This document shows, piece by piece, positions 59,938 to 64,000 of a DNA stretch of 64,000 nucleotides. A program made the position numbers and the translations under genes. Source of the stretch: Marsupella aquatica (Eukaryota; Plantae; Marchantiophyta). The notes below the pieces were generated by a model that was not told the DNA's origin, did no database searches, and saw only the letters and a list, made by a program, of their open reading frames with translations. The stretch is from NCBI GenBank assembly GCA_973895155.1, contig OZ316891.1, positions 28,029,145 to 28,093,144 on the forward strand, in the 5' to 3' direction. Position 1 is the first letter of the stretch. Each line of letters opens with the position of its first letter.

Positions 59938-62900
59938 CTACAACTGCAAAACCTGCAAAGTAGCACGGTGTCTTGAGAAACTCTCCAAAGGAATCACTTT
60001 GGTAAAGGCATCAGCGGGATTGAGCTTTCCATCAATCTTGACTAGCTCAAAAGTTTTATCAGACACTGTTTGCCTGATAAAATGGTACCTGATATCAATG
60101 TGCTTCACCATGCTATCCATCACCTGGTTAGCAGCCAAGTGAAGAGCACTCTGACTATCACAGTTTAGAGTCATTTTGCCATGCTCTAAACCCATCTTCG
60201 CGATCAACTTATCCAACCAAATTGCTTCCTTTGCTGCTTCTGCTGCTGCAACATACTCTGCTTCTATAGTAGATTGAGATATACACTTCTGCAAGGTAGA
60301 TTTCCAACTGATACATCCTCCTCCAAGAGTAAATACAAACCCAGTTGTAGACCTCCTTGTATCCAGACAGCCTCCATAGTCAGAATCTACATAGCCAACT
60401 AACGTTTTATCTTATTAGTTATCAAATAGTAATCCATAGTCCTGTGTACCCTTGAGATACTTGAGAATCCATATCACAGCTTCCCAATGTACCTTCCCTG
60501 GATATGACATGAATCTGCTAACCTTGCATCGCTAGGGCCAAGTCAGGCCTAGTACAAGTCATCAAATACATCAGACTGCCTACTGCCTTCTCATAAGGAA
60601 TCTTAATTAGTCATCAGACCTTTCTCCACAGCATCCGTAGGAGAGAAAGCCGATGATAACTTGAAATGTGAAGCTAAAAGAATACTCACTGGCTTACAGT
60701 TTTCCATGTTGAATCGTGCAAGTACTTTCCTCGCATACTGGCCTTGACTCAAGCACAACTGTCCAGTATCAGAGTTCCTAAAAATCTCCATCCCTAAGAT
60801 CCTCTTGGCCTTACCAAGATCCTTCATCTTGAATTTAGCACTCAATTTTGCTTTGAGACTGTCAACCTCAGATTAATCTTTAGCCACAATCAGCATGTCA
60901 TCCACATAGATCACCAGAATGATGAAACCAAACACATTATTCTTGACTGATTTCGTATACACACAAGGATCATACACCATCATTGTAAAACCTTGAGCAA
61001 GCATGAAATCATCAAACCGCTTGTTCTACTGTCTGGGAGATTGCTTCAATCCATACAAGGACTTGAACAATCTACAAACTAAGTTCTCTTGGCCCTTCTT
61101 CATAAAGCCTAGTGGCTGTCTCATGAAGATCATCTCTTCCAAGTTGCCATAGAGAAAAACAGTAACAACATCCATCTGATCCATCACTAGACCAAAAAAC
61201 ACAACAAGCTCACACAAGATCCAAATTGTGGAATACTTAGCCACCGGTGAAAAGACCTCATTGTAGTCCACTCCTTTCTCCTGAGTGAACCCCTTGGCAA
61301 CTAGCCTTGCCTTGTAGATCTTGTCTCCACCTTTTGAAGGACTGTCCTTCAACTTGTAAATCCACTTGCTGTCCACCACTTGCTGACCTCTTGGAAGCTC
61401 CACCAACTCCCAAGTCTTGTTGTTACTCAAAGATTGCAACTCCATCTGCATTGTTGCATTCCACTCATGCTTATGCTCTAAAGCACAAGCCTCATTGTAC
61501 GAAGAAGGCTCTCCTTCTTCCAAGATCAAAGCCATGTCATCATCATCAGGTGCAATGTCAATATCATCTAGCTTAGATGAGTCTGCCCATTGACCATACT
61601 TGGTAGGAGCTCTAGTAGAACGACTGGAAGTTCTTCTAGTAGATGACTCAGGCTGATCTGCTGCTGCTGGTTGAATTTGAGGTACCCTAGCAACAATCTG
61701 CTCCTCTTGTTCCATCACAGGAACCAGCTCCAAGCCCGGAGCTTCTCCATCTCTCTCGTCATGAACAGCATCATGACTAATCTCCCCCTCAACCCGGTCC
61801 GGGATGGGAGATTTCCCCTTGTCAATATGAGAGTCCTGAGAACTCTCCCTCTATTTTGATGATCTGGATTCATTAAAGGACACATCTCTACTAAAAATTA
61901 GCTTACAGGTTACTGGATCCCATAATCTATAACCCTTCACACCTTTCTGATAGCCAAGGAAAATGCACTTCTTTGACTTGGACTCCAGCTTGGATCGAAG
62001 CTGGGAAGGTGTAAGCACATAAGCATCACATCCAAAAATCCTCAGATGTGAGTAATCTGTTGGACGCCCGTACCTCATTTCAAATGGCGTCTTGAATCCA
62101 ATAGAACTGGATGGAGAAAAATTTACCAAATAAGCTGCAGTGTTGACAGCTTCAGCCCAAAACTCATGTGGTAAGCATGATTGACTCAACATACTCCTCG
62201 AGCGGTCCAATAGTGTTTGGTTGAGTCTCTTAGAAACACCATTCTGCTAAGGAGTATAACTTGTTGTGAGATGGCGGGTAATCCCCTGCTGCTTACAATA
62301 CGTTCCAAATTCACCGGAACTGTATTCACCGCCGTTATCCGATCGAAGATATCTCACCTTATTACCAGTCTGATTCTCAACTTGGGCTTTCCACTCCTTA
62401 AAAGTGGCAAAAACATCAGACTTATTGTGTAGAAAGTATATCCACACATACCTTGAGTAATCGTCAATGAACGTGACATAGTATAACCATCCAGAATGTG
62501 AGGGAGTAGGGGCTGGACCCCACACATCACTATGTACATATTCAAGTACCTCCTTGTTGGTGTGAGTTCCAACTCCGAAGGGTTTCCTGTGCTGCTTCCC
62601 AAGCACACAGTGCTCACAGAAATCTAACTTACTAGACTGCAAATTAGAAATCAAACCTCTTTTCAGAAGTACAGCCAAACCTTTTTCACTCATGTGACCT
62701 AGCCGGAAGTGCCACAGCCGTGCCGTCTCTTCATGAGATAAGGTTACATTGGCTTCATCACATACTACTCTGCCCTCCAAAACATACAAATTTTTGTGCC
62801 TCTTTCCCTTCAACACAACCTTAGAATTGGTTGAAACCTGAAGGACACCATTAGCAGAACTCCACTGATGGCCATTTGCTTCTAACATTCCAAGTGAAAT

Positions 62901-63297
62901 GAGATTTTTCATCATGCCAGGAATATGTCTCACATTTCGCACTGTTCTTACAACACCATCAAACATCTGTAATCTCACAGATCCAAGTCCAACTACTTGG
63001 CATGGGATTCCATTTCCCATCAACACTGAACCATTGGAAACTGTGTAAGAACTGAAAAACTCTCTCCTATAGCAAATGTGAAAGGTACAAGCACTATCTA
63101 GTATCCAACCATCATCTTCCTTATGTGATACTACGTTGAGGGCAAAGTAATGGCATCACAAAATATCATCATCGAGTAAATCTACCTCATGTGCGCTGGA
63201 TGCCGCATTAGCTGATGGGGTAGAGTCCTTTACCCAAAAATCTCTCTTCATGTGGCCTGTCTTGCCACATTTCCAACATGCAAGAGGCTTCCTCCCC
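59938..63297 (-). pseudogene. Copia pol remnant (gag Zn knuckle, PR, IN, RT, RNase H) with nonsense codons
   Basis: ORF pieces 62247-63026, 61851-62210, 61026-61733, 60603-60845 and 59938-60294 lie in canonical order. Confidence 0.93.
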
Positions 63298-63629
63298 GAC
63301 GATATTCGCAACTGCAAGCCCATGAACCATCCAACGCACAAGAGTCGACACAGAGAGATACGTGGTTCACCTCCACATGAGGCTACGTCCACGGGAACAC
63401 ACAAGAGCTTTACTGCACTCTAGGCCGATTGGCCATACCAAGCATCCACAGCACAAGCTCTCCCTATCTCTCAACTAGCTCCGTAACAATGAGCTTGAGT
63501 TCCACCAGGGTCTGGCATCAGCCCTGGCTATATGCACAACAACACTACCGCTAACATTAGCTAAGTCCTAACCCGAGTTAGACTAACTGTGGTTAGCTCA
63601 CGAGCACAAGACTAGAGCACTATCTAACA
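63298..63629 (-). repeat. 5' LTR of Tnt1-like Copia, inner end truncated
   Basis: About 11 substitutions and 2 indels versus the 3' LTR (counted by eye); lacks the inner ~11 bp. Confidence 0.9.
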
Positions 63630-64000
63630 CTCTTGGGCTTATCCTGGTCCACATATGGAAAGTCAGATCTACAATTATCAGAAGAACTATGTTTCTCATA
63701 GGCTCATTCTTCGCTTTTGTCCCATGTAATCGATGTTCAGGACACCTCAGTTTACTTGCTTCCAAAATTCTGGGCCAGATCCTGTGTCTCCAGATGTTTA
63801 ACGGCATTTGGTAGCACGCTACCTTTTGTATATTTCATGTCCTGTTGGGGCACCCTGTCTTGTACATCACAGTACCAATTTTTCCCTGCCAGCCTGCCTA
63901 ACAAACTATACTTTGAAAAACTTTCCCTGACGCTGAGTTTAAGCAAGATTTTTTAGTGGTTTGTAGGACCAATATGGAAGGACAGCTCTTATCTGGGCAG

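Larger units (their letters stand above)
59388..63629 (-). mobile_element. Internally deleted Ty1/Copia LTR retrotransposon (Tnt1/Tork-like), inactive
   Basis: TSD CTCTT (59383-59387 and 63630-63634); LTRs 59388-59730 and 63298-63629; PPT AGGGGGAG at 59740-59733; minus-strand Zn knuckle, WILDSA, HSDVWGP, RSDNGGE, YKARLVAKG, YVDDM and KHIDIRYH, with several stops. Confidence 0.95.

Overview
Eukaryotic nuclear DNA from a land plant, probably a non-seed plant (inferred from spliceosomal introns, a COI1-like gene with a bryophyte-type pocket residue and the TE families present). About 5.1-27.3 kb holds a roughly 16 kb (net) multi-gene block that looks like one giant DNA transposon. It carries an RPA70-C-like OB-fold gene, two divergently oriented DDD transposases of different Sola-like types, an intron-containing prokaryote-type ParB-domain/beta-class amino-DNA-methyltransferase fusion, and a hendecad coiled-coil gene. 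A 14-bp inverted repeat brackets the block and a recurring TCATGAATTCATGA palindrome lies within it. A young Bianca-like Copia (9279-15762) interrupts one transposase; the other four genes carry nonsense codons consistent with C>T decay. The rest of the window has one intact 3-exon COI1-like F-box/LRR gene, a CHD3/PICKLE-like pseudogene, a deleted Tnt1/Tork-like Copia, two small Helitron-like elements, hAT and Gypsy remnants, an orphan HTH-like ORF and several tandem repeats. All family assignments come from motif recognition by eye; no searches were run.
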